Source of the DNA: a virus
Reading direction: 5' to 3' (one strand)
Virus record (IMG/VR): IMGVR_UViG_3300003541_000001
Coordinates: 1 to 49,078 of that record
DNA length: 49,078 nucleotides
The notes below the pieces were generated by a model that was given only the letters and a program-made list of their open reading frames with translations, was not told where the DNA came from and did no database searches. Positions 7,973 through 16,737 of the stretch are shown here, in pieces. A program made the translations under genes and the position numbers. The first letter of the stretch is position 1. Every line of letters begins with the position of its first letter.

Positions 7973-8664
7973 AAACAATGGATGAAAGAGCAGAAGAATA
8001 TATCAATTTGGTACAACTTAATCCTAATTCTTATAAGGGTGATGTTGAAACAGCCTATGTTTGCGGATGTATAGATCAAAAAAGAATTGATGATGCTTCC
8101 GACACCAGGGATGCAGTGATTGAGAAATTATTAGAATCGGATAATTCTTGGTCAACAATAGATGTCTTAAAAAAACTTATTGAGGCAACCGAAATATTGC
8201 TCCACGAAAAAAATTATGATGGTCATGGATGGGAAGAAATATCTCATTGTGTAAAAAGAGGCAAAGAAATATTACTAAATCTTACCTCCCTCCAATCCGA
8301 GAGCAAAGAGGGGAAGCAGAAACCAAGCGCAGACAAATTAATATGGCCAGTTTATCTGAATGATAAGGCAAGCAAACATCAAAATAAGTATGCTTCGTTT
8401 TGTGCTTTTGTTGAAAATGAATCAATAGTTGATGTTTGGGACTTGGTTTGTCAGGCAGGAGAAGAATTTGCCTCACTCCAAGCGGGCAAAGATGACGGGA
8501 AGAGTGAATTAAGGGAGGAGTTAATATTGAAATCGTTTATTGAGTTTTTACAAAGAACATATAAGGAATTTGGCAAGCCATCGTGGAGTATGGCTGGAGA
8601 TGAAGCATATAGATTTTTTGTTCCGGATGACGAAGATATTGACGAATATCTCTCCCAGAGATAA
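7969..8664 (+). CDS. Hypothetical protein, paralog of 7079..7576
   Basis: Shared peptide and DNA modules (8098..8125 and 8288..8312). Confidence 0.6.
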   Translation: MKTMDERAEEYINLVQLNPNSYKGDVETAYVCGCIDQKRIDDASDTRDAVIEKLLESDNSWSTIDVLKKLIEATEILLHEKNYDGHGWEEISHCVKRGKEILLNLTSLQSESKEGKQKPSADKLIWPVYLNDKASKHQNKYASFCAFVENESIVDVWDLVCQAGEEFASLQAGKDDGKSELREELILKSFIEFLQRTYKEFGKPSWSMAGDEAYRFFVPDDEDIDEYLSQR

Positions 8665-8699
8665 CTCTTAATCGCTGAAAACGAATTAAAATAAATGAT

Positions 8700-8984
8700 A
8701 TGGAAGAAGAAATTTTGAAGATATTGGAGAGTGATGACATCTACGACCCTTTTAGTTATGGATCGGTTAATCAATTTGAAGCATCGAAAAGAATCGACAC
8801 ACTCACCCATGAACACTATATGAAGTTTGTCGAGTGGCTAAGAACAAATGCCCTATTGGAAATAATAGACACAAGTCACGGGCCAGAATGGATGTGGGAA
8901 ATATTCAAGGGCGAAGATCAATATGAATACTACACTACCGAAGAACTTTATCAATACTGGTTAACTAATATAGAGAAGATATGA
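8700..8984 (+). CDS. Hypothetical protein
   Basis: ORF track. Confidence 0.55.
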   Translation: MEEEILKILESDDIYDPFSYGSVNQFEASKRIDTLTHEHYMKFVEWLRTNALLEIIDTSHGPEWMWEIFKGEDQYEYYTTEELYQYWLTNIEKI

Positions 8985-9151
8985 AAGCAAAACTCTATAA
9001 AAGTCCTGTCCTTGAAAAGATACGTGAAGAGATGAAACATGACAAATGGTATGTTAAACTTGCCCGTTGGTGGAGGGTTAAATGGTGGTTTATAAGATGC
9101 GATTTAAGGCCGGTATTTGAATGGCTCGATAAGTTCATGGGCGATGAATGA
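8981..9151 (+). CDS. Hypothetical 56-aa Trp/Lys-rich protein (not in the ORF track)
   Basis: My translation is MKAKLYKSPVLEKIREEMKHDKWYVKLARWWRVKWWFIRCDL... ATGA coupling at the start; the stop overlaps the next ATG. Confidence 0.4.
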   Translation: MKAKLYKSPVLEKIREEMKHDKWYVKLARWWRVKWWFIRCDLRPVFEWLDKFMGDE

Positions 9152-9311
9152 GAAATATCCTATCGGCTGGGCATTTATCCGGGCATTCACGGCTAACGGC
9201 AGATCTGAACAGAATGAGTGGTTTAGTCATTATATTGAAGGGATATACCAGGTTATTGAGACTGAAGATAAAAAGATATGGTTAAAAGAGGTAATATTAA
9301 ATTCCCGATAA
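9144..9311 (+). CDS. Hypothetical small protein
   Basis: ATG 9144 within track ORF 9117..9311, coupled to the upstream stop (ATGAATGA). Confidence 0.45.
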   Translation: MNEKYPIGWAFIRAFTANGRSEQNEWFSHYIEGIYQVIETEDKKIWLKEVILNSR

Positions 9312-9366
9312 TGAAAGAAAAGATTATTGAATTTGAGCCGAAAGAGAAACCGGTTGAAAAATAAAG

Positions 9367-9397
9367 TTGCAAATGGGATTTAGATAATATAAATTTG
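9367..9397 (+). promoter_or_regulatory. Bacteroidota-type promoter (TTG-N20-TAAATTTG) ahead of the glycosylation operon
   Basis: TTG at 9367..9369 and TAAATTTG at 9390..9397. Confidence 0.55.
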
Positions 9398-9403
9398 TTG
9401 TAT

Positions 9404-9471
9404 TGCCGGTGCGGGTCGCACCTCTCCCTTGAGAGATTGACAGTAGCGTAATTTAGTTCCTGTCCCCGGCA
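9404..9471 (+). promoter_or_regulatory. Structured 5' leader (four-way junction) of the glycosylation operon
   Basis: P1 is TGCCGG (9404..9409) with CCGGCA (9466..9471). It encloses hairpins TGCG/CGCA, CTCTC/GAGAG and GACAG/CTGTC, followed by TTTT. Confidence 0.35.
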
Positions 9472-9482
9472 TTTTGGAAAAT

Positions 9483-10235
9483 ATGAAGATAAGTATAGTT
9501 ATTGCATATTACAATCGAAGAGATCAATTCTTAAAAACTCTTGAGTCAATATTGGCATGGGGTAAGCCGGAGATAATAGTTGTTGATGATGCCTCAACTG
9601 AAAGGATAGACGACATTAAAGAGATTAATCTCATTAGGATAGAACCAAAAGATAAGTGGTGGTTGAATCCTTGCATCCCCTATAACATTGGATTCTCTAA
9701 AGCGACCGGAGATGTTATTATAATTCAGAATCCGGAGTGTATCCATGTGGGGAATATTTTAAAGTATGCTGGTAAGTTAAAATCAGGTAGGGTATTTAGT
9801 TTTGGTGCATATTCACTCGACTATAATCTCGAATATGAGATATATGATTATCTATATTTAAAGAAACTGATTTTAAGCGAACCTCAAAGATGCCAGGTTG
9901 CTCATCATGGTTGGTATAATCATTCTGTTTACCGTCCCGAAGCACTGCACTTTTGCAATGCTATAACAAGACAAGACCTTAAAAAAATTGGGGGGTTTGA
10001 TGAGCAGTATGCCTACGGGGTTGGCCATGATGATAATGATATGGTAATGCGAATAAAAAAGGAAGGGATAGACTTAAAGATAGTAGATAATCCGTTTGTT
10101 ATTCACCAGAAGCATAAAAGAACAGACTATTCAGATCCTAGAATAATTGCTGGATGTCTTTTGAATACAAGAATCTTTGAAAGAACTTCAAAAGAAAAGA
10201 TGATAAAACCGTTGAATAATAAATACTACAACTAA
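9483..10235 (+). CDS. Family 2 glycosyltransferase (GT-A)
   Basis: ISIVIAYYNRRDQFLKTLESI...IIVVDDAS and later GHDDND, the typical Glycos_transf_2 layout. Confidence 0.7.
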   Translation: MKISIVIAYYNRRDQFLKTLESILAWGKPEIIVVDDASTERIDDIKEINLIRIEPKDKWWLNPCIPYNIGFSKATGDVIIIQNPECIHVGNILKYAGKLKSGRVFSFGAYSLDYNLEYEIYDYLYLKKLILSEPQRCQVAHHGWYNHSVYRPEALHFCNAITRQDLKKIGGFDEQYAYGVGHDDNDMVMRIKKEGIDLKIVDNPFVIHQKHKRTDYSDPRIIAGCLLNTRIFERTSKEKMIKPLNNKYYN

Positions 10236-10239
10236 ACTC

Positions 10240-10926
10240 ATGGGTGATCTTTATTTATGTACTCATTATGGATTTGGCGATTATGTGATGTGCTATGGGT
10301 TAATTAAGGAGTTATCTTTAAAGTATAATAAGATATTTTTATTCGGATTGCCACATTGCACACCATTACATATTAACAACATTAAAAGATTATATAGCAG
10401 TATTAAAAATGTGGAGATCATTACTAAAGATCCGTCATTATATAAAGATGTTATGTATCTCGGATGGGGTAAATATTTTGAAATGATCGAGGGGGGGGCT
10501 GCTATACAGTGTGCAAAATATTTCTATAAGCAGGCAGGCGTTCCACTAAACCTAATGTGGAGTAACTTTTATTTTAAACGGGATTTGGATAAGGAAAGAG
10601 ATATATTTTATAATAGGTTAAAGTTGAGGGATGATGATGAATATATTTTTTTGCATGAAGACATTTCACGGGATTACATAATTGATAGAAAATATATCAA
10701 ACCAGGGGTCAGGGTTATTATTTTAAATCAGATGCCGGATATATCAATATTGGATATACTTTATTTGATTGAGAGGGCAGCGGAGGTTCATATAATCAAT
10801 ACCGGATTAGTTTCTTTTGTAGATCAGATGAATATCAAACACGACAATTTAAATTACCATAAATATACAAGGCCGGAAAGTTTTGAACAGCCCATTCTAA
10901 GATTAAAGTGGAAAATACTAAATTAA
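10240..10926 (+). CDS. Hypothetical protein, possibly a GT-B/GT9-like transferase; contains a G8 tract
   Basis: The C-terminal pattern IFLHED...ILDILYLIERAAEVHIINTGLVSFVD is reminiscent of heptosyltransferase C-domains. Weak call. Confidence 0.35.
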   Translation: MGDLYLCTHYGFGDYVMCYGLIKELSLKYNKIFLFGLPHCTPLHINNIKRLYSSIKNVEIITKDPSLYKDVMYLGWGKYFEMIEGGAAIQCAKYFYKQAGVPLNLMWSNFYFKRDLDKERDIFYNRLKLRDDDEYIFLHEDISRDYIIDRKYIKPGVRVIILNQMPDISILDILYLIERAAEVHIINTGLVSFVDQMNIKHDNLNYHKYTRPESFEQPILRLKWKILN

Positions 10927-11198
10927 TGGATGAGGTAATCACATTCAGTGAATTAGTTGATAAATTAATCACTGTAAATATAAAATTATATAATCTACTC
11001 GAAAAGACTTCTGAACTTGACAGAAAGAAAGAGAAGACAAAAGAGGATATTGATCTTATTGTGAAACTAAGTGGAGATAACATAAACCTTGCAAAGACAA
11101 GGAGTGTCTTAAAATCTGCAATAGATAATAAACTAAATGCCGCAATTAAAAACGGGAGTACAGGGGTTCTAAATGAATTTAAAGGATATAGTGAATGA
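10926..11198 (+). CDS. Small coiled-coil protein, possibly DUF4254-like
   Basis: TAATG coupling. LVDKLITVNIKLYNLLEK resembles the DUF4254 helices often seen beside GT9 genes, from memory only. Confidence 0.35.
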   Translation: MDEVITFSELVDKLITVNIKLYNLLEKTSELDRKKEKTKEDIDLIVKLSGDNINLAKTRSVLKSAIDNKLNAAIKNGSTGVLNEFKGYSE

Positions 11199-11929
11199 AA
11201 AAGATTCATGTTGCATTTGCTAATGACAAGTTTCTAAAGAGTCTTAACATATTAGAAAAGACTTCTCTTGCTATTGGGGGCGTGGATAAATTTATAAGAT
11301 ACGAGACGAAAGACTTACAAATAGATAATTTCTGGCAGGAGAATCATTGCATTTTATCACAACCATTAGGAGCAGGATTTTGGATATGGAAACCGTTTAT
11401 TATTCTCCAGGCAATGAAACAAACTGAAGACGGAGATATTATTTTATATACTGATGCCGGTGTGGAAGTCTTAAATTCACTCAATCCTTTATTTAAGATT
11501 ACGGAGACTTCAAAAGACAATAGAATGTTATTTGCCCTTACGATGAATTATGGCACTCATCGGCATTCGGAATATACAAAAAGAGATTGTTTTGTTTTAA
11601 TGGGGCAGGATGAACCAAAATACTGGAATGCAAGGATGCTTAATGCCGCATTCTCATTATGGATGAAAACCGAGAAGAATATAGCTTTTTTAATGGAGTG
11701 GCAAAAGTATCTTAAAGATTCCAGGGTTGTAACCTACGAACCTAATACTTGTGGGAAACCCAATCTCCCAGACTATATAGATCACCGTCACGACCAGGCA
11801 GTATTATCATTGTTGAGTTTAAAGTACGGGAGGGAATTATATAGGGAGCCAACTCAATTTACAATTAATGAGAGTTTTGATAATTCTCCTTATGGGCAAT
11901 TATTTAATCATCATGGAGGGGTAATATGA
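11195..11929 (+). CDS. Putative nucleotide-sugar transferase
   Basis: GFWIWKPFIILQAM...IILYTDAGVEV (a DxD-like region). Sits inside the glycosyltransferase cluster. Confidence 0.4.
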   Translation: MKKIHVAFANDKFLKSLNILEKTSLAIGGVDKFIRYETKDLQIDNFWQENHCILSQPLGAGFWIWKPFIILQAMKQTEDGDIILYTDAGVEVLNSLNPLFKITETSKDNRMLFALTMNYGTHRHSEYTKRDCFVLMGQDEPKYWNARMLNAAFSLWMKTEKNIAFLMEWQKYLKDSRVVTYEPNTCGKPNLPDYIDHRHDQAVLSLLSLKYGRELYREPTQFTINESFDNSPYGQLFNHHGGVI

Positions 11930-12741
11930 GAGGATGGTATTTAAACATACCGAAGAAATTTCATGTTTTCTGGTCGGGGAATAAACTCCCTTACCTGAGA
12001 TATCTTACTGTAAAGACGTTTAAAGAACTCAATCCTTCATGGGAGATTAACCTCTGGACTTCGCAGGTTAAGTCAGAAGTGAGGACATGGAATACTCATG
12101 AACTCAATTATTCAGAGACGTGGGAGGATTGGACAGATAGACTTTGGAAACTTTGCGATAATATCCACATGATAGATTTCACGAACTTTGGGGTTAAAAA
12201 TTCAGTTGCAGAGGTTCATAAGTCTGATCTTTTAAGGTGCTGGATATTAAACGAGGTTGGAGGAGTTTATTCTGATACCGATATATTTTACTTCAAGCCG
12301 ATAACAAACTTAGAAGTAAATCGCAGGAAGAATAAATATGCTGAGACTTTCGTTTGTATCTGCCATTATGGTCATTCTAACGGGTTTTGGATGGGGTCAA
12401 AAGGGAGTCGGTTTTTTGGAGAGTTATTTGAACAGTCCAAGAAGATTGATCCGGCCAGGTATCAAAGTAATGGGCCGGAACTTTGTAATCGTATGTTCAG
12501 GACGATAGAATCTATTAATGAGATTTCTCCGGCGGTTAATATCGGTATGGAAGCGGTTTATTATTATAATGGTCAGCACGTGGATGCTATATATTCAGAA
12601 GAAAGAGTTATCTTTGATAAGAAATCAATAGGTATTCACTGGTATGCCGGGCATCCACTATCAGGAATGTTTCTGAATAGAACTAACGGGGGATTGACAA
12701 ATCTTCAAAACAGCATTATGGATAAATTATGTAAGTTATGA
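11926..12741 (+). CDS. GT32-like glycosyltransferase (DXD sugar-binding region)
   Basis: FHVFWSGNKLP...INLWT...KSDLLRCWILNEVGGVYSDTDIFYFKP matches the Gly_transf_sug pattern. Confidence 0.65.
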   Translation: MRGWYLNIPKKFHVFWSGNKLPYLRYLTVKTFKELNPSWEINLWTSQVKSEVRTWNTHELNYSETWEDWTDRLWKLCDNIHMIDFTNFGVKNSVAEVHKSDLLRCWILNEVGGVYSDTDIFYFKPITNLEVNRRKNKYAETFVCICHYGHSNGFWMGSKGSRFFGELFEQSKKIDPARYQSNGPELCNRMFRTIESINEISPAVNIGMEAVYYYNGQHVDAIYSEERVIFDKKSIGIHWYAGHPLSGMFLNRTNGGLTNLQNSIMDKLCKL

Positions 12742-13865
12742 AAGTTTTAACTCTACTTGGAACCAGGCCGGAGATCATAAGGCTATCTGTTATTATGCCG
12801 AAACTCGATGAGGTTTGCGATCATAAAATTGTTTATACAAATCAGAACTTCACAGTTTCTTTATCGGATATATTCTGGAATGATTTGAGATTAAGAATGC
12901 CGGATTATATTTTCATGCAAACCGGAAGCCCCGGTTCATTTTTTGGTAATGGGTTTAGAGCGTTTGAGATGATTTTAGATAAAGAAAAGCCGGATAAGAT
13001 TCTTATACTGGGAGACACCAATTCTGTTCTCTTTGGTATTCTTGCAGCAAAACGGGGGATTCCCATTTATCACATGGAGGCGGGTAATAGATGTTACGAC
13101 CCATCAGTGCCGGAAGAGACGAATAGGATGATTATAGATGCCTGTTCACTTTACAACCTTCCCTATACTGAAAACTCGAAGGAGAATCTCATCCGGGAAG
13201 GACACTCAAAAAATTACGTCTTCAAAACAGGCAATCCTATCAAAGAGGTTCTTTGTCATTATATCGAAGATATTAATAAAAGCAATATTCTTGATGCTTT
13301 AGGATTCCGTGATTATATAGTTAATGAAGAACACCATTACATAGACTATGCCCTTCTCTCTTTTCACCGCACCGAGAATGTTGATAATCCTTACAGGGCA
13401 AAACAAGTGGTCGAAGCGATAAATAAAGTTGCTGAAGATATGCCGGTTGTTTATTCTTTTCATCCGAGGACAAAAGATCAGTTTGCTAAACATGGGATAA
13501 AATTCTCTGACAAAGTGAAACTCATTGAGCCGTGCGGATTCTTTGACTTCGTTAAATTGGAACAGAACGCAAAAGTCGTCTTCACTGATTCAGGTACAGT
13601 ACCGGAGGAGACTATGCTTTTCAGAGTGCCGACAATTGTATTAAGAAACACCACCGAGAGACAAGAACTCATGGAGACAGGGACACTTATTCTCGCCGGG
13701 ACAAATACCGAGGACATTTTAAGAGCATATTCCCAAATAGGGAACTTAAAACAAAAGTGGGTTAAACCAGATGACTACACTAAAGAAAATGTGAGTGATA
13801 CTATTGTGAGGTTTTTACTTGGACAGCAAATCAGGAAAGAAGTCAAGGGTCATGATGAATATTGA
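12738..13865 (+). CDS. UDP-N-acetylglucosamine 2-epimerase family enzyme
   Basis: MKVLTLLGTRPEIIRLS..., ILGDTNSVL, HMEAGNRC, FHR.EN and VFTDSGTVPEE are hallmarks of the Epimerase_2 family. Confidence 0.8.
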   Translation: MKVLTLLGTRPEIIRLSVIMPKLDEVCDHKIVYTNQNFTVSLSDIFWNDLRLRMPDYIFMQTGSPGSFFGNGFRAFEMILDKEKPDKILILGDTNSVLFGILAAKRGIPIYHMEAGNRCYDPSVPEETNRMIIDACSLYNLPYTENSKENLIREGHSKNYVFKTGNPIKEVLCHYIEDINKSNILDALGFRDYIVNEEHHYIDYALLSFHRTENVDNPYRAKQVVEAINKVAEDMPVVYSFHPRTKDQFAKHGIKFSDKVKLIEPCGFFDFVKLEQNAKVVFTDSGTVPEETMLFRVPTIVLRNTTERQELMETGTLILAGTNTEDILRAYSQIGNLKQKWVKPDDYTKENVSDTIVRFLLGQQIRKEVKGHDEY

Positions 13866-13866
13866 T

Positions 13867-14880
13867 ATGTTTAAGGATCAAACCATAGCAATTATGGGAG
13901 GTTCTGGATCGTGGGGTCGGGAACTAACCCGGCAACTCATTTTGAAGGAACCAAAGGAGATAACCATATTCTCTCGTGGTGAAATTTCCCAGGTGGACAT
14001 GGAGAGGACTTTTAACAATCCTTTGGTTCGGTATGTCATTGGGGATATAAGAGATAAAGAAGCCGTTGATAAAGTCATGCAGGGGGTTGATTATGTTTTT
14101 CAGCTCGCAGCCCTAAAGCACGTGCCTATCTGTGAGAATCAACCGCACGAGGCAATATTGACAAATATATATGGAGTTATCAATTTGATAAACTCGGCGA
14201 TAAAGCACAAAGTAAAGAAGTTTATTGATGTCTCAACTGACAAAGCTGCCGATCCCTCGAATCTTTATGGGATGACAAAAGCCATAGGAGAGAAATTAAC
14301 TATTCAGGCAAATTGCCAAACTAAAAACACCGAGTTTATTTGTGTGCGTGGAGGTAACGTCCTCGGAACAAATGGTTCTTTGGTTCCGTATGTCATCAAT
14401 CAGATAAGATACACAAATAAAGTCAAAGTCACTAATGATAAGATGACTCGGTTTTTCATTACACTCCCGGAAGCTATCGAATTGCTTTTTATAGCAACCG
14501 AACACGGTATAGGGGGTGAGACATACATAATGAATATGCCTTCTTTTAAGATCATCGACCTGGTTGACTTATTAGTGAACTTTTACGGATCCCCGGATAC
14601 TAGAATAGAAATAACAGGTTCAAGAGAGGGGGAGAAGCTCCATGAGGTACTGATAACAGAACAAGAAGGCGATAGGGCAAGGGTAGTCAATAAGGATTTG
14701 TTCGTCATTTACCCTCAGATAAAAACAGGCAGGAATTATTTTCATCAATGGGATGCTGAAGCTCATTGGAACGAGGCGACGGGGTTAATGAATATCCTTC
14801 ACCACAAACTCACTTCAGAAGACAATTTAAAAGATCGACAATGTTTAACCGAACTATTAAAAAAGGGGGGATGGCTATGA
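13867..14880 (+). CDS. UDP-GlcNAc 4,6-dehydratase (PseB/FlaA1/CapE/FnlA-type short-chain dehydratase)
   Basis: IAIMGGSGSWG (Rossmann motif), IGDIRD, FQLAALKHVPICENQP, STDKAADPSNLYGMTK (catalytic Y..K). An alternative start is 13852. Confidence 0.8.
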   Translation: MFKDQTIAIMGGSGSWGRELTRQLILKEPKEITIFSRGEISQVDMERTFNNPLVRYVIGDIRDKEAVDKVMQGVDYVFQLAALKHVPICENQPHEAILTNIYGVINLINSAIKHKVKKFIDVSTDKAADPSNLYGMTKAIGEKLTIQANCQTKNTEFICVRGGNVLGTNGSLVPYVINQIRYTNKVKVTNDKMTRFFITLPEAIELLFIATEHGIGGETYIMNMPSFKIIDLVDLLVNFYGSPDTRIEITGSREGEKLHEVLITEQEGDRARVVNKDLFVIYPQIKTGRNYFHQWDAEAHWNEATGLMNILHHKLTSEDNLKDRQCLTELLKKGGWL

Positions 14881-15038
14881 TCTGTCCTTATGACGATCTC
14901 GGATGTACTGGTGTTGACACTTCCGGCATGGATAAGGTAGATTGTAAAGCCTGCCCCCATTACCATAGCGGCACTCGAAAAGCACCGAGGCTGGGATTCT
15001 TTTATAATCTTTTCAAATGGATCAAAAGACAGCATTAA
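14877..15038 (+). CDS. Small Cys-rich protein
   Basis: ATGA-coupled ATG. MICPYDDLGCTGVDTSGMDKVDCKACPHYH. Confidence 0.4.
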   Translation: MICPYDDLGCTGVDTSGMDKVDCKACPHYHSGTRKAPRLGFFYNLFKWIKRQH

Positions 15039-15673
15039 TAGCATCTATCCCCGAAAGAGAGGATATGCTTAAATTAACGGTTGCTTCTTTGCGGCCCCAA
15101 GTGAACAGAATCTTCGTGTCTCTGAACGGATATGACCATGTTCCTGACTTTGTAGATACCGACGAATATGTTCTTTTGGATAATTCAATGGGGGATGCTG
15201 CTAAGTTCTATTTCGCTGAACAATGCAAAGGTTATATCCTGACATGTGATGATGACCTCATCTATCCTTTGGGTTATGTAGATAAAATGGTTGCAGGTGT
15301 TGAAAAATATAAATGTCCTTGTTCGTTACACGGGAGATTTTATTCAAGACCGGTTATGGGTTTTCAGGAATCATTCTTTGGTTTCCCTTGTTTGAATGAT
15401 GTAATGACAGATGTCGAGGTCGATGTAGGTGGTGACGGGGTGATGTGTTGGCATACCGATTTATTAAAGATCAGGTTTGAGGATTTCAAGCAGAAGAATA
15501 TGAGCCAACTTTATTTTTCAAAGGTGTGCCATGAACAAGGAGTTAAGATAATGTGCCTTGCTCACCGGACGGGATATTTGAAATACCAATTTCCAGGATA
15601 TACAATCTGGGATGAGTCGGCAAAAGAAGGATTCAAGAAACAAACTGAACTTTTAAAATCATTTCTCGTATGA
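15017..15673 (+). CDS. GT-A-like glycosyltransferase
   Basis: ALIASIPERED...LRPQVNRIFVSLNGY...ILTCDDDLIYP (DxD). Confidence 0.5.
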   Translation: MDQKTALIASIPEREDMLKLTVASLRPQVNRIFVSLNGYDHVPDFVDTDEYVLLDNSMGDAAKFYFAEQCKGYILTCDDDLIYPLGYVDKMVAGVEKYKCPCSLHGRFYSRPVMGFQESFFGFPCLNDVMTDVEVDVGGDGVMCWHTDLLKIRFEDFKQKNMSQLYFSKVCHEQGVKIMCLAHRTGYLKYQFPGYTIWDESAKEGFKKQTELLKSFLV

Positions 15674-15815
15674 AGGATTATAGAATAGATGTAGGAGATT
15701 ATAAAAAAGCCTCCGATGAGTTTCGTAAGAATCCCATATTGTTTTTAAGCGATCCATTATTTTATATGGAGTGCTGCATATTAATAATTTTTATAGTTGT
15801 TATGATAAACAGCAT

Positions 15816-15995
15816 ATGTTAAAACGATTCTTATTCTTCATTGTATTTTTAATCACCATTGCAATATTGATTGTGCCGGTGGTTATCTCAATGCTTATAT
15901 GGGTATTCTCCGGTAAGGGATTGATGTGGATAGTAAGAACAATGGACTGGATGTTATCAACTCATAAAATGGAAAGTTATGCCGTACAAAAGTAA
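15816..15995 (+). CDS. Small membrane protein
   Basis: MLKRFLFFIVFLITIAILIVPVVISMLIWVF has two hydrophobic segments. ATG 15816 lies within track ORF 15771..15995. Confidence 0.45.
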   Translation: MLKRFLFFIVFLITIAILIVPVVISMLIWVFSGKGLMWIVRTMDWMLSTHKMESYAVQK

Positions 15996-16122
15996 AGCAC
16001 AGGAAAGATGGGCGCACACCAAAGCAGGGAAGAAGGCTCTTGGTAAAAAAGGAGTCGCCGAATTTGACAAAGCGTCAAAGGGTAAGAAACTACCAAAACG
16101 AGTTAAAACAAAAAAGAAATGA
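15979..16122 (+). CDS. 47-aa basic protein, DUF3008-like (not in the ORF track)
   Basis: My translation MPYKSKAQERWAHTKAGKKALGKKGVAEFDKASKGKKLPKRVKTKKK resembles the MPxKSKAQ... phage family. Confidence 0.5.
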   Translation: MPYKSKAQERWAHTKAGKKALGKKGVAEFDKASKGKKLPKRVKTKKK

Positions 16123-16313
16123 TAAAGATCGAAAGGACTCATGACTGTAAATCATATTGGAAGAATGATGGTCTTTACGACAAGTATCGGGTAATTAATG
16201 TTAAGATAAAAATATTTGGTGTTACAATATGGAGCAACACCGAGAGTTACGATAGCGACCTGATCTCTGTTAATGACAGTAACGGGATGGGGTTTAAAGT
16301 AGATAAAAAGTAA
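16119..16313 (+). CDS. Hypothetical small protein
   Basis: ORF track; ATGA coupling to the upstream ORF. Confidence 0.45.
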   Translation: MIKIERTHDCKSYWKNDGLYDKYRVINVKIKIFGVTIWSNTESYDSDLISVNDSNGMGFKVDKK

Positions 16314-16317
16314 TAAG

Positions 16318-16737
16318 ATGGCACGGAATAAAGGAGAAGATGAACTGAATAGACTATTTGATGAGATAATCACAGATATTTCAGAGAATGGGACATCGGC
16401 TATTTCTGCAATGAAAGATAAAATGTCGTCAGCAACTTTCTATGGATTATTAAAAGATAAAGAGAGGTTAAACAGATACGCGCGCGCAACCGAAATGAGG
16501 GCTGATTTAATGGCTGATGAGATACTTGAAATTGCGGATTCTGTCGGTGGCGATATGATTACACTAAAAGACGGGAGTAAGGTTGTGGATAATGCCGTTG
16601 TGCAACGGGATAGATTAAGGGTTGATGCGCGGAAGTGGTTGCTTGCAAAACTGCATCCTAAAAAATATGGTGAAAAGATTGATATAACTTCCGATTTTGA
16701 ACCAATAGGAAACATTAAACTCATAAGGGGGGAATGA
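16318..16737 (+). CDS. terS: Terminase small subunit
   Basis: Lies directly upstream of TerL and overlaps it. The C-terminus VQRDRLRVDARKWLLAKLHPKKYGEK is a typical TerS motif. Confidence 0.75.
   Translation: MARNKGEDELNRLFDEIITDISENGTSAISAMKDKMSSATFYGLLKDKERLNRYARATEMRADLMADEILEIADSVGGDMITLKDGSKVVDNAVVQRDRLRVDARKWLLAKLHPKKYGEKIDITSDFEPIGNIKLIRGE

Noticed and set aside
9404-9471. The cloverleaf-like four-helix fold considered as a tRNA gene.
   Set aside because: Stem and loop sizes do not fit a tRNA: loops of 3, 4 and 16 nt, no 7-nt anticodon loop, and no TTCGA T-loop.
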